The notes: generated by a model not told the origin, from the sequence alone. Positions 53,484 to 62,917 are shown, counted from the stretch's first letter. The stretch: 64,000 nt of DNA from Acidimicrobiaceae bacterium (GCA_028819005.1 JAPPMP010000024.1:85606-149605); one strand, 5' to 3'. A program made the numbers and translations.

Positions 53484-54212
53484 ATGCCCACTGCGGCGCC
53501 CCGACTGGTTTTCCTTATCCCGGCAGTTGCCGCCGGTCTGGTGGTCGCTGCAGTTGTCTCGCTGTCGGCGCAGTTCGACCTGAGGATCGTCGTCGGCGCG
53601 GCGGCGGGTCTGGCTGCCGCGGCCGGGGTGCTTGTCTGGTTGGACCGACGCGCCTCGCGGGCGGTTCTGTCGGCAATCGGAGCCCAGCAGCTCGACGCGG
53701 GTTCCGAGACCCGTCTTGAGAGCCTTGTGGCAAGCATGTGCGCAAGCCACGGAATCGCAGAACCGAGCCTGTACCTGGTCGACTCCCAAGCACTGGACGC
53801 GGCTGTGGTCGGCCGGGGCAACGAAACGCAATTGGTCGTCACGACAGGTGCTTTGCGCCAACTGGATCGGTTGGAGCTCGAAGCGGTGATAGCGCGCCAA
53901 CTGGCGCAGTCCGGGGCCGGCGTCCATGCTGCGACGACCCTGGCGTCGGTCGGCCCGCTGCTCGGCCCGTTGGCGAAGCTGGTCCGCCGTGTCCAACTGG
54001 ACAGGCAGCGTCTGGCTCTCACCGATGTGCAAGGTGTGTTGATGACCAGGTATCCGCCCGCCCTGGCCGGAGCGTTTCAAAAGGCGGCTCGCGGCGGCGG
54101 CGTCGCGGGCACTGTCTCGACCCGGCATCTGTGGATGATCGGACCGCTGGACGGCACTGCCGGAGTGCAGCCACCGCTGCAGGATCGTATTGACGCTCTG
54201 AGAGAGCTGTGA
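53484..54212 (+). CDS. Membrane protein, M48/HtpX-like fold with the HExxH zinc site replaced
   Basis: 242 aa. Two N-terminal TM helices. ..LDRLELEAVIARQLAQ.. sits where M48 peptidases carry ..EL.AV.AHE..H. Confidence 0.5.
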   Translation: MPTAAPRLVFLIPAVAAGLVVAAVVSLSAQFDLRIVVGAAAGLAAAAGVLVWLDRRASRAVLSAIGAQQLDAGSETRLESLVASMCASHGIAEPSLYLVDSQALDAAVVGRGNETQLVVTTGALRQLDRLELEAVIARQLAQSGAGVHAATTLASVGPLLGPLAKLVRRVQLDRQRLALTDVQGVLMTRYPPALAGAFQKAARGGGVAGTVSTRHLWMIGPLDGTAGVQPPLQDRIDALREL

Positions 54213-55387
54213 TGCAGCCGAGACTCGGGGTGTTGGCGACAGTGGCGTTGTCCGCGCTGTTCTCAGGCGCGTGTCTTGGGAATGGGAACGGGGTTGAGGT
54301 CGTACCGCTCGAAGTCGAGCCGACGGTTGATTCTCAGGCTGTTGCGGCGCCCACCACGACGCTTGCGGATGCTGTCGCGACGACCACCTCCACCACCGTC
54401 ATCGAGGGTCCGGTCGCTCCCTTCACCGGACTTCCGGCCCCGAGCGAGGCCGCCGCGGCTGCTTCTGCGCTCGTGGTGAAGATCGGCAACAACAACGATC
54501 AGTCGCGGCCCCAGGAGGGGCTAGCTGAAGCCGACATCGTTTACGAAGCGTTGATCGAGGGCCTCAAGACGCGTTTCGCCGCGGTCTTCCAGACACAGGC
54601 GCCTCCTCGGGTCGGGCCCGTTCGATCGGCCCGTACCACCGACGTCGAGTTGCTGGCGGGCCTCGGAACTCCCGCATTCGTGTTCTCCGGCGCGAACGCC
54701 CCGACCCTTGCCGAATTGCGCGAGGCGGCGAACAGGGGAGTGTTCGTGGACGCGGGAGCCCTGCGCCGGCTGGATCCGTATTTCAGGCTCGGTTCGCGCA
54801 GCGCCCCATACAACCTCTGGGTGGACATGGAGACGATCGACTACAGCGGCTCGGGTGTGCCCAGTGCGGTACTGGTCTACGGCGAACTCCCCGAGGGCGC
54901 GGGTTCTGAGGTCGGAGGCGTGGAGATCACCTACCAAGCCAGTTTCGGGAGGCAGGTCGCTCACCTCTGGGATCCGACCGCAGGTGGTTGGGTGCGGGTG
55001 CAGGACGGAACTCTCCACACCGTTCTGAGCGGCGATGAAGAGGGGGAGATCGCTCCCGCGAATGTGGTGGTCCTGCACGTTGTCTATGAAGTCTCCCCAG
55101 CCGATCCCGCATCGCCGGAGGCCCAGTCATTCGGCGGCGGTCCGGTGCAGGTGTTCACACGCGGTCGGGTCGTGGAGGGCGCCTGGGCCAGATCTCAACA
55201 GGCCCCGGTGTGGAACTTGACTGACCACAACGGACAGGTCATCGGCCTGGAAGCCGGTTCCACCTGGTTAATTCTCGCCGCGGCTGACGGTTCGAGCTTC
55301 CCTGCGGCCCACATCGCAACAATTGATCCCGCCGAGGCGACGGCGCGTCTCGACACCGCCCGCGCGGCAAAATCTTCTGCGCCGTAA
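54209..55387 (+). CDS. DUF3048 (YerB-like) lipoprotein
   Basis: 392 aa. Lipobox ALFSGAC. VVKIGNNNDQSRPQEGLAEADIVYEALIEG..TRFAAVF pattern. Start overlaps the upstream stop. Confidence 0.62.
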   Translation: MMQPRLGVLATVALSALFSGACLGNGNGVEVVPLEVEPTVDSQAVAAPTTTLADAVATTTSTTVIEGPVAPFTGLPAPSEAAAAASALVVKIGNNNDQSRPQEGLAEADIVYEALIEGLKTRFAAVFQTQAPPRVGPVRSARTTDVELLAGLGTPAFVFSGANAPTLAELREAANRGVFVDAGALRRLDPYFRLGSRSAPYNLWVDMETIDYSGSGVPSAVLVYGELPEGAGSEVGGVEITYQASFGRQVAHLWDPTAGGWVRVQDGTLHTVLSGDEEGEIAPANVVVLHVVYEVSPADPASPEAQSFGGGPVQVFTRGRVVEGAWARSQQAPVWNLTDHNGQVIGLEAGSTWLILAAADGSSFPAAHIATIDPAEATARLDTARAAKSSAP

Positions 55388-55405
55388 AGTCGTGACGGCC
55401 TTAGG

Positions 55406-56308
55406 ATGGTCGGCATGGGACAGAACAACAAACGCGAGACTGGCACAACTCTCGTGAAGCGGGGCCTGGCCGAGATGCTCAAGGGCGGCGTCATCATGGA
55501 CGTCGTCAACCCCGACCACGCGAAGATTGCAGAAGACGCGGGTGCGGCTGCCGTGATGGCCTTGGAGCGTGTGCCCTCCGATATCCGCAGAGACGGCGGG
55601 GTTTCTCGAATGTCCGACCCGGAGATGATCCAGGGAATTCAGGCAGCGGTCTCCATCCCGGTCATGGCCAAAGCCCGGATCGGCCATTTCGCCGAAGCCC
55701 AGATGCTCGAGGCCGTCGGCGTCGACTACATCGACGAGTCGGAGGTGTTGACTCCCGCTGACGAAGCCCACCACATCGACAAGTGGGCGTTCGCGGTTCC
55801 CTTCGTGTGCGGTGCCACAAACCTGGGGGAGGCGTTGCGGCGCATCAGCGAGGGCGCAGCCATGATTCGCTCGAAGGGCGAGGCTGGTACGGGCAACGTC
55901 GTGGAGGCCGTGCGTCACCTCCGTTCGATCGTCGGCGACATCGGCAAGATCACCCAGGCCGACTCTGCAGAACTGTTCGACTGGGCCAAGCAGCTCCAAG
56001 CTCCGCTCCCGCTGGTTCAGGAGATTGCCGACACCGGGCAGCTGCCCGTTCCGATGTTCTGTGCCGGCGGTATCGCCACCCCGGCCGATGCGTCGTTGGT
56101 GATGCAACTCGGGGCTCAGGCGGTCTTTGTGGGGTCCGGCATTTTCAAGAGCAGCAGCCCTGCGAAAATGGCGTCGGCAATTGTCGAGGCCGCCACCCAC
56201 TATCAGGATCCGGCGATCCTGGTCAAGGTTTCCGCTGGCCTCGGCGGCGCCATGGCCGGTCTGGAAATCTCCGGACTCGACACGAAACTGGCTGAACGCG
56301 GTTGGTAG
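55406..56308 (+). CDS. pdxS: Pyridoxal 5'-phosphate synthase lyase subunit PdxS
   Basis: [37 protein letters not shown]-type sequence. ATG 55415 (AGGA 8 nt upstream) is an alternative start. Confidence 0.95.
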   Translation: MVGMGQNNKRETGTTLVKRGLAEMLKGGVIMDVVNPDHAKIAEDAGAAAVMALERVPSDIRRDGGVSRMSDPEMIQGIQAAVSIPVMAKARIGHFAEAQMLEAVGVDYIDESEVLTPADEAHHIDKWAFAVPFVCGATNLGEALRRISEGAAMIRSKGEAGTGNVVEAVRHLRSIVGDIGKITQADSAELFDWAKQLQAPLPLVQEIADTGQLPVPMFCAGGIATPADASLVMQLGAQAVFVGSGIFKSSSPAKMASAIVEAATHYQDPAILVKVSAGLGGAMAGLEISGLDTKLAERGW

Positions 56309-56949
56309 CGCCCAAGGTCGGAGTGCTCGCCCTTCAGGGTGCGTTCGCCGCCCATGAGGCGATCCTTCGAACGCTTGGGTGCGAGACCCGCCAGGTCCGC
56401 AATACGCGGCATCTCGTCGAGGTTGATGCGCTGGTCGTGCCAGGCGGCGAGTCGACCACTATGTCGAACCTGCTCGCACGCTCGGAGATGCTGACCATGC
56501 TGCATGCCAAGGCACTCGGGGGACTGCCAATTTTCGGGACCTGCGCCGGTTTGATCCTGATGGCCTCGGAGATCTGCGACGGGCGTGACGACCAGCACGC
56601 CTTGGGAGTGCTTGACATGGCCGTGTCGCGCAACGGCTACGGTCGACAGATCGACAGTTTCGAGACCGATATAGAAGTGAGAGGACTGGACGCACCGTTC
56701 CACGCGGTGTTCATCCGCTCCCCGGTGGTGACCCGGGTCGGCCCGGACGTCGAGGTGCTCGCTGAAGTGGACGGCAACCCGGTCCTGTGCCGCAAGGGGC
56801 CGGTCACCGTCACGGCGTTCCATCCGGAGCTGTCCGGCGACGACCGCCTGCACCGCCGGTGGTTGTCGCAGACAGGCATCCTCCGACACAGCAGTGCCCA
56901 GGACGGCAGGGGGCTCGGCCGCAGCCGCGCCGGCGCACAGACGGAGTAG
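56302..56949 (+). CDS. pdxT: Pyridoxal 5'-phosphate synthase glutaminase subunit PdxT
   Basis: [18 protein letters not shown] and GTCAGLILM catalytic Cys. TTG start overlapping the pdxS stop. Confidence 0.9.
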   Translation: MVAPKVGVLALQGAFAAHEAILRTLGCETRQVRNTRHLVEVDALVVPGGESTTMSNLLARSEMLTMLHAKALGGLPIFGTCAGLILMASEICDGRDDQHALGVLDMAVSRNGYGRQIDSFETDIEVRGLDAPFHAVFIRSPVVTRVGPDVEVLAEVDGNPVLCRKGPVTVTAFHPELSGDDRLHRRWLSQTGILRHSSAQDGRGLGRSRAGAQTE

Positions 56950-56958
56950 ATTCCCATC

Positions 56959-57711
56959 ATGAGCGGTCACTCCAAGTGGGCAACGATCAAGCACCGCAAG
57001 GGCGCCGCAGACGCCAAGCGGGGGAAGCTGTTCGCCAAGTTGATCAAACAGGTGGAGGTTGCCGCGCGCACGGGTGGAGGCGACCTGGACGCGAACCCGA
57101 CCCTGCGGACGATGTACCAGAAGGCACGCGACAATTCAGTGCCTCTCGACACGATCGAGCGGGCGGTGAAGCGGGGAACCGGCGAGCTGGAGGGAGTCGA
57201 CTACGAGCAGATCACCTATGAGGGCTATGCCCCGGGTGGGATCGCCCTGCTGATCGAGTGCTTGACCGACAACCGCAATCGCACGTCCAGCGAAATCCGT
57301 TCCACGCTGACCAAACACGGTGGTTCGTTGGCCGAACCGGGTGCGGTGTCCTGGCAGTTCGAGCGCAAGGGTGTGGTGCTCGTGCCGACTTCGGTCGACG
57401 AAGAGGATCTGATGATGCTCACCGTCGACGCCGGAGCCGAAGACATCGTCGACGAGGGGGAGATGTGGCGGATCACCACCGCGCCGAGTGATCTCAACGA
57501 GGTGCGTGAAGCCCTCGACGAAGCCGAGGTCGCGGTCGAGTTCGCGGACCTCGCGATGCTGCCGACATCGACTGTTGAGATGACCGACGCCAGTGATCTC
57601 AAGAAGTTGTTGAACCTGATCGAGGTGCTCGATGACCTCGATGACGTTCAGGACGTTCAGGACAATTCGGAGGCCGCCGCAGATCTCGTGGAGTCGGTCC
57701 GAGCGGGCTGA
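56959..57711 (+). CDS. yebC: YebC/PmpR family DNA-binding transcriptional regulator
   Basis: MSGHSKWATIKHRKGAADAKRGKLFAKL... canonical N-terminus. 250 aa. Confidence 0.93.
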   Translation: MSGHSKWATIKHRKGAADAKRGKLFAKLIKQVEVAARTGGGDLDANPTLRTMYQKARDNSVPLDTIERAVKRGTGELEGVDYEQITYEGYAPGGIALLIECLTDNRNRTSSEIRSTLTKHGGSLAEPGAVSWQFERKGVVLVPTSVDEEDLMMLTVDAGAEDIVDEGEMWRITTAPSDLNEVREALDEAEVAVEFADLAMLPTSTVEMTDASDLKKLLNLIEVLDDLDDVQDVQDNSEAAADLVESVRAG

Positions 57712-57712
57712 G

Positions 57713-57802
57713 TCTCCGATCCGGGCTCGCTGGTGCGCCGCCACGATGATCGAGACTTGCAGGCGACCACTGCTCTCCGATCCGGGCTCGCTGGTGCGCC
57801 GC
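57713..57802. repeat. 29-nt direct repeat with 61-nt period between yebC and ruvC
   Basis: tctccgatccgggctcgctggtgcgccgc at 57713-57741 and 57774-57802. Confidence 0.9.
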
Positions 57803-57852
57803 TGTCGGCCTATGCCGCGCTTGAGCCGGCGCCGACGACTAGGGTCGTACGT

Positions 57853-58347
57853 ATGTTCGTGCTAGGAATCGATCCTGGTTTGTCGCGCTGTGGCTACGGT
57901 TGTGTCGAACACGGCCGCAAGCCGCGGGCGGTCGCGGCGGGTGTGATTCGCACGGACCCGAGGGTCGAGCGTCCCCTGCGGTTGGCGGAGATTCAACACG
58001 AGGTTCGGGCCTTGATCGACGAACTCAAACCTCAAGTCGTGGTGATCGAACGGGTCTTGTTCCAACAGAACGCCACCACAGCCATGTCGGTCGGTATGGT
58101 CAGCGGCATCATCATGGTCGAAGCGGTTTCAGCGGGGTGCGCGGTGGTCGAGTACTCGCCCAACGAGGTCAAGCTGGCTGTGGCCGGCTGGGGAGGAGCC
58201 GGCAAGGATGAGGTCGGGCAGATGGTGAAGACCTTGCTGGGTCTGCGGGAACCTCTGGAGCCCGCGGACGTGTCTGACGCCGTGGCAGTGGCGCTCTGCC
58301 ATGTCGCCCATATTCCCGCCGGTCGTGTTGCTGGAGCGCTGCGATGA
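57853..58347 (+). CDS. ruvC: Crossover junction endodeoxyribonuclease RuvC
   Basis: ORF 57733.. trimmed to ATG 57853. MFVLGIDPGLSRCGYG..., ..ERVLFQQN.., ..ADVSDAVAVALCH. Confidence 0.92.
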   Translation: MFVLGIDPGLSRCGYGCVEHGRKPRAVAAGVIRTDPRVERPLRLAEIQHEVRALIDELKPQVVVIERVLFQQNATTAMSVGMVSGIIMVEAVSAGCAVVEYSPNEVKLAVAGWGGAGKDEVGQMVKTLLGLREPLEPADVSDAVAVALCHVAHIPAGRVAGALR

Positions 58348-58952
58348 TCGGATCGTTGCGGGGCCGGTTGCTGGAACGCAGCACAGAATCGGAACTGTTG
58401 ATCGAGGTCGGCGGCCTCGGTTACCGCGTTCAGGCGACTCCGACGACTGCAGTGTCCTTGGGTGAGGTGGGCGAGGAGGTCTTCATGCACACGCACCACG
58501 CGGTGCGCGAAGACAGCGACACGCTCTACGGTTTCTCGACCATCGACGAGCGGCGCATCTTTGAATCGCTCATCAGCGCCCACGGAGTCGGTCCGGCGCT
58601 GGGGCTGGCCATTCTGTCGGTACACGGGCCGACCGCCCTGCGCCTAGCGGTCGCCCACGACGATTTGGCTGCCCTCTGCCTGGTGCCGGGAGTGGGACGC
58701 AAGACGGCCGCGCGTCTGGTCATGGAACTCAAGAGCAAACTCGACCTCCCCTCCGACGACTCGGTCGGGGTGGCTGGTGAAACAGCGGAATCCTCCGCGC
58801 AGCACGGGATCCAGAAAGATGTTCGCGCCGCACTCGAGAGCCTCGGCTACGGCCCCGAGGAGATCCACGCCGTTCTCGTCGACATGCCCGCCGAGGGCGA
58901 GACGAGCGAGCTGTTGAGAGACGCCCTGAGGCGTCTGGCCACGGGAGTCTGA
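58344..58952 (+). CDS. ruvA: Holliday junction branch migration complex subunit RuvA
   Basis: MIGSLRGRLLE...GLGYRV.., HhH ..LISAHGVGPALGLAIL.. and ..LCLVPGVGRKTAARL. ATGA overlap with ruvC. Confidence 0.92.
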   Translation: MIGSLRGRLLERSTESELLIEVGGLGYRVQATPTTAVSLGEVGEEVFMHTHHAVREDSDTLYGFSTIDERRIFESLISAHGVGPALGLAILSVHGPTALRLAVAHDDLAALCLVPGVGRKTAARLVMELKSKLDLPSDDSVGVAGETAESSAQHGIQKDVRAALESLGYGPEEIHAVLVDMPAEGETSELLRDALRRLATGV

Positions 58953-58955
58953 GCA

Positions 58956-60044
58956 ATGCGCGAGGAGCTGCTCGACGCCGGGACCGATGAGGACCTGCTG
59001 TCGCCTGCTGAGACCCCCACAGACGCCGAGCTGCTCTCCGATCACGGGCTCCGGCCGCGGACCTTGGCGGAGTTCGTCGGCCAGGCGGAACTCAAGAGCC
59101 ATCTTCGAGTTATCCTCGGCGCTGCCTCGAAACGCCGCGACGCAGTCGACCATCTGCTGTTCGCAGGACCTCCTGGCCTCGGCAAGACGACTCTCGCGTA
59201 CATCATCGCCGCCGAGATGGGCTCACACCTGTCGGTCACCTCTGGTCCGGCGCTGGAGCGGGCCGGCGACCTCGCCTCGATCCTGTCCAAGCTCGAAGAT
59301 GGAGACGTCCTGTTCATCGACGAGATCCATCGCCTGCCCCGGCCCGTCGAGGAGGTCCTCTACCCGGCAATGGAGGACTTCAAGATAGACGTCGTCTTGG
59401 GCAAGGGACCTGCGGCTCGCTCGATTCCCCTTGATCTGGCCCGCTTTACGCTGGTCGGCGCCACAACCCGGACGGGTCTGATCACCGGTCCGCTGCGGGA
59501 CCGTTTCGGACTCGTCGCCCGCCTGGACTTCTACGACCTGGACGACCTGAAAGCCATCGCCCTGCGGACCTCCGGGATCTTCGGCGTCGACATCACCGAG
59601 ACAGGCGCATGGGAGATCGCCCGCCGCGCCAGAGGCACACCCCGAATCGCCAACCGATTGCTGCGCCAGGTGCGCGACTACTCAGAGGTTGAACGTGACG
59701 GCTACATCGACGCGGATGTGGCAGCCGCAGGCCTGGCCTTCTTCGGCGTCGACGAACTCGGTCTCGACAAGGCCAGCCGAGCGGTGCTCGATGCCTTGTG
59801 CAGGCTATTCGGTGGCGGGCCGGTCGGCCTGTCCACGCTTGCCATTGCTGTGAGCGAACCGGCTGAGACCGTCGAGGACGTCTATGAGCCGTACCTGATC
59901 CAACAGGGTCTGCTGATGCGCACACCACGCGGCCGAGTCGCGACGCCGGCTGCCTTCGAGCATCTGGAAATGCCCGTTCCGAATCCGGGCCAACCCGCAG
60001 CGCCGGCCCTGTTCGATACCGCTGAACCCGACGCCTCCGATTAG
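58956..60044 (+). CDS. ruvB: Holliday junction DNA helicase RuvB
   Basis: [12 protein letters not shown], Walker [12 protein letters not shown], Walker [10 protein letters not shown], ..GATTR.G. Confidence 0.95.
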   Translation: MREELLDAGTDEDLLSPAETPTDAELLSDHGLRPRTLAEFVGQAELKSHLRVILGAASKRRDAVDHLLFAGPPGLGKTTLAYIIAAEMGSHLSVTSGPALERAGDLASILSKLEDGDVLFIDEIHRLPRPVEEVLYPAMEDFKIDVVLGKGPAARSIPLDLARFTLVGATTRTGLITGPLRDRFGLVARLDFYDLDDLKAIALRTSGIFGVDITETGAWEIARRARGTPRIANRLLRQVRDYSEVERDGYIDADVAAAGLAFFGVDELGLDKASRAVLDALCRLFGGGPVGLSTLAIAVSEPAETVEDVYEPYLIQQGLLMRTPRGRVATPAAFEHLEMPVPNPGQPAAPALFDTAEPDASD

Positions 60045-60075
60045 AGATGGCGCAGATCAGACTTCGCGCGGCCTA

Positions 60076-61086
60076 GTGGATCCGCCGCCGCAGACCCTCG
60101 ACGACATTCGCTATGAGCTGCCGGAGGACTCGATAGCCCAGACACCCCTCGAGCGGCGGGACGAGGCGCGTCTGCTGATTGACGACGGGGTCGAGATCCG
60201 CCACAGCCGTGTTGCCGCATTGCCGGAGCTTCTTCGCGAGGGAGATCTGGTGGTGGTCAACAACACCCGAGTGCTCAAGGCCCGTGTTCGGCTGCGCCGG
60301 CCCACCGGCGGCGCGGCGGAAGTGCTGCTGTTGGAACAATTGGACGAACAGCGCTGGGAGGCGCTGGTGCGGCCCTCACGCAAACTCAAGGAGGGATCGC
60401 TCCTGCGCAATGACGCAATGGCCGTTGTGATCGGCGAAGACCTCGGCGACGGACGGCGCATCGTTGAACCCCAGGTCGGCGATCTCCGGCTTATGGACGT
60501 GTTGGAAGAAGTCGGCTTGCCGCCGCTGCCTCCCTACATCGAACGCCGGATCTCCGACCCCGAGCGCTATCAGACCGTGTTCGGCCAACGTCCTTTGTCG
60601 GCCGCCGCGCCCACTGCCGGCCTGCACCTGACCGAGTCGGTGTTCGCCGGCTTGGAGGCGAAGGGGGTGCGAGTGGGCACGGTCGAGTTGGCAGTGGGTC
60701 TCGACACTTTCAGGCCCATGACCGTGGACCGTCTCGACGACCATGTGATGCACAGCGAGTGGTATTCGATCCCTGCGGCCACTCGACAACTGATCAGTTC
60801 GGCCGAACGGGTTGTGGCCGTCGGCACCACGACAGTCAGGGCGCTTGAAACCTGGGGCCACGGCGCTGCACCCGAGGGCCGCAGCAGCCTGTTCATCAGG
60901 CGGCCATTCGACTGGTCGGTCGTCGAGGTGATGATGACCAACTTCCACCTCCCGGCGTCGACCCTGCTGTGCATGATCGACGCCTTCGTCGGCCCCCGTT
61001 GGCGGGAGATCTACGCCGAGGCTCTGGCACACGGCTACCGGTTCCTGAGTTTCGGCGACGCCATGCTCAGCGAACGCGGTGTTTGA
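60076..61086 (+). CDS. queA: S-adenosylmethionine:tRNA ribosyltransferase-isomerase
   Basis: 336 aa. Y.LPEDSIAQTPLERRDEARLL..., PPYI.R, AAPTAGLH.T, VGTT..RALE, GYRF.SFGDAML. Confidence 0.93.
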   Translation: MDPPPQTLDDIRYELPEDSIAQTPLERRDEARLLIDDGVEIRHSRVAALPELLREGDLVVVNNTRVLKARVRLRRPTGGAAEVLLLEQLDEQRWEALVRPSRKLKEGSLLRNDAMAVVIGEDLGDGRRIVEPQVGDLRLMDVLEEVGLPPLPPYIERRISDPERYQTVFGQRPLSAAAPTAGLHLTESVFAGLEAKGVRVGTVELAVGLDTFRPMTVDRLDDHVMHSEWYSIPAATRQLISSAERVVAVGTTTVRALETWGHGAAPEGRSSLFIRRPFDWSVVEVMMTNFHLPASTLLCMIDAFVGPRWREIYAEALAHGYRFLSFGDAMLSERGV

Positions 61087-61211
61087 GAGGACAGGAGTGA
61101 GGATCGGACCGGTACCCGCAGCCATGCTCAGCGAACGCGGTGTTTGAGAGGACAGGAGTGAGGATCGGACCGGTACCCGCAGCCATGCTCAGCGAACGCG
61201 GTGTTTGAGAG
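61060..61211. repeat. 61-bp x 2.5 perfect tandem repeat duplicating the queA 3' end
   Basis: gccatgctcagcgaacgcggtgtttgagaggacaggagtgaggatcggaccggtacccgca at 61060 and 61121 (identical), and the first 30 nt again at 61182. Confidence 0.95.
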
Positions 61212-62798
61212 GTGCTCGCGCTGAGGCAGGAAGCAGAACGCGCAAATGGATCGACCGCTATGCTGGGCTGCCTGAAGGACAGATTGGGAAGCCTGAGGCT
61301 GATGGGCCTGGTTGCCGTTGCTGAAAGAACCAAGACGCTTCTGTGCTGCGGCTTCGTTGCGTGTTTGGCGGCGGGATCACTGTTGACGGCGGCGCCGGTC
61401 GGCGCGAGCAGCGGATACGGCGACGTCGACGCCGACGGCTATTTCGCGCGTGCTGTTCAGTGGTCGGTGGACAACAACATCATCACCGCCGACGAGCCGT
61501 GCTTCTTCCCGGGCGCACCGGTCACGCGCGGGGATGCCGCTGTGAGTCTTTGGAATATGGAGAACCGCCCTTCAGCGCCGGTCCATCGGTTCGCCGACGT
61601 CGGCTATGACCAGAGTCTGAGCGGTGCAGTGTCGTGGATGGCCGAATCGAAGATCACCACCGGAACCTCCCGGCTCACGTTCTCCCCCGATGCGCAGGCC
61701 ACTCGTGGAGAGGTCGCCGCATACCTGCACCGTCTCGCCGGGAGACCCCACGCGCCCCGGCACCGTTTCTCCGACGTCGCCTCCGCGTGGATGCATGCTC
61801 CCGTCTCGTGGATGGCTGCTCAGGGGATTACAACCGGAGTCTCAACCGAGGAGTTCGCGCCGGACAAGCCTTTGACGCGTGCTGAACTGGTGACGTTCCT
61901 GTACCGCTACAAGGGGCAGCCGGCGGTGGCTGTTGATCCGTCGACCGAGCGATGCTGCCTTAGGATTTCTGCCGACGCCGATCCGTGCGGTCTGTCCGCT
62001 GAACTCGGGCGGCTGGTGGAGGTGGCTCGTGACTGGGACCGCACCGTTGAGGTCGCGGCGTCGGTGATTCTCCACGACGGGTCTGTCTACGGCGTGAACG
62101 CGAATGAGCCGGTGCCCTCGGCGAGCGCCGTCAAACCCGTTTGGGCAGCTGCGGCAATCGACGTCGCCGGACTGGAGGAAGTGCTGCCGTTCGCGCCCGC
62201 AGCTCTGGTGAGATCCGACAACCGTGCCGCAGGAGAACTCATCGACCTCGCGGGTGGAATAGATGCTTTGAATGCCTGGTCGAGAGACGTCGCAGGCTTG
62301 GAGGACACTCACCTGTCGGGCTGGAGGATCGGCTCGGTGCTGCGGCGGTCGAGCACTGCGCGCGGGCTCAGCCAAACCACCACGAGCGATCTGGCGCAGT
62401 TCTATGCGCGTCTGTATCAGGGCGAGTTCTTGGCCCAAGGTGAGTCGGCCCAGCTCATGAACTGGCTGAGATCGACCACGCGCAGGCTCGCCTACGTCGA
62501 AGGCGCCATCGTCGACCGCCTGCCCGAACCAGCGAACAGCGGTGCGCTTCAGAAGCTGGGATGGTTGCCGCCGGGCGGAGGCTGGTCCACCGGCAATGCC
62601 CTAGTCGGTGGAGCGCTGGTGCCTGTCGGCGATGGAGAATGGTTCGCAATCGCCTTGTCGAGCACCCACAGCACCCACTACACGCGGGCGGTCAAATGGT
62701 TCGGGTTGGCAGCGTGCCGCGTCTATGCCGTGGTTGCAGGCGATCCGGCCCACGACTGCGGACGCGGAAACGACCCAGCGGTCACGACCGGAGATTGA
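61212..62798 (+). CDS. Secreted protein with three SLH-like domains and a class A beta-lactamase-like serine hydrolase domain
   Basis: ORF from GTG 61212. ATG 61302 (GAGG 4 nt upstream) gives the signal peptide ..TKTLLCCGFVACLAAGSLLTAAPVGA. The SLH-like triplet is about 55% identical to that of 48466..49920. The C-domain has S-x-x-K (SASAVK), SDN (VRSDN) and K(L)G (QKLGW). Confidence 0.7.
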   Translation: MLALRQEAERANGSTAMLGCLKDRLGSLRLMGLVAVAERTKTLLCCGFVACLAAGSLLTAAPVGASSGYGDVDADGYFARAVQWSVDNNIITADEPCFFPGAPVTRGDAAVSLWNMENRPSAPVHRFADVGYDQSLSGAVSWMAESKITTGTSRLTFSPDAQATRGEVAAYLHRLAGRPHAPRHRFSDVASAWMHAPVSWMAAQGITTGVSTEEFAPDKPLTRAELVTFLYRYKGQPAVAVDPSTERCCLRISADADPCGLSAELGRLVEVARDWDRTVEVAASVILHDGSVYGVNANEPVPSASAVKPVWAAAAIDVAGLEEVLPFAPAALVRSDNRAAGELIDLAGGIDALNAWSRDVAGLEDTHLSGWRIGSVLRRSSTARGLSQTTTSDLAQFYARLYQGEFLAQGESAQLMNWLRSTTRRLAYVEGAIVDRLPEPANSGALQKLGWLPPGGGWSTGNALVGGALVPVGDGEWFAIALSSTHSTHYTRAVKWFGLAACRVYAVVAGDPAHDCGRGNDPAVTTGD

Positions 62799-62802
62799 AC
62801 GA

Positions 62803-62842
62803 GTGGCGCAACCGGAGCCCGCGACCTCGATTGCCTGCAAGG
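62803..62842. repeat. Single degenerate copy of the 42-bp element
   Basis: gtggcgcaaccggagcccgcgacctcgattgcctgcaagg compared with gggcgcaaccggagccgcgaccacctgccagcggcctgca. It is intergenic, upstream of tgt. Confidence 0.6.
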
Positions 62843-62917
62843 ACACGGACACGCCGTGGCAGGCCGCGTCCGCCGGAAAGGCTCGAAGTGTATGCATGCG
62901 CCGCTTAGTCTGACCGT

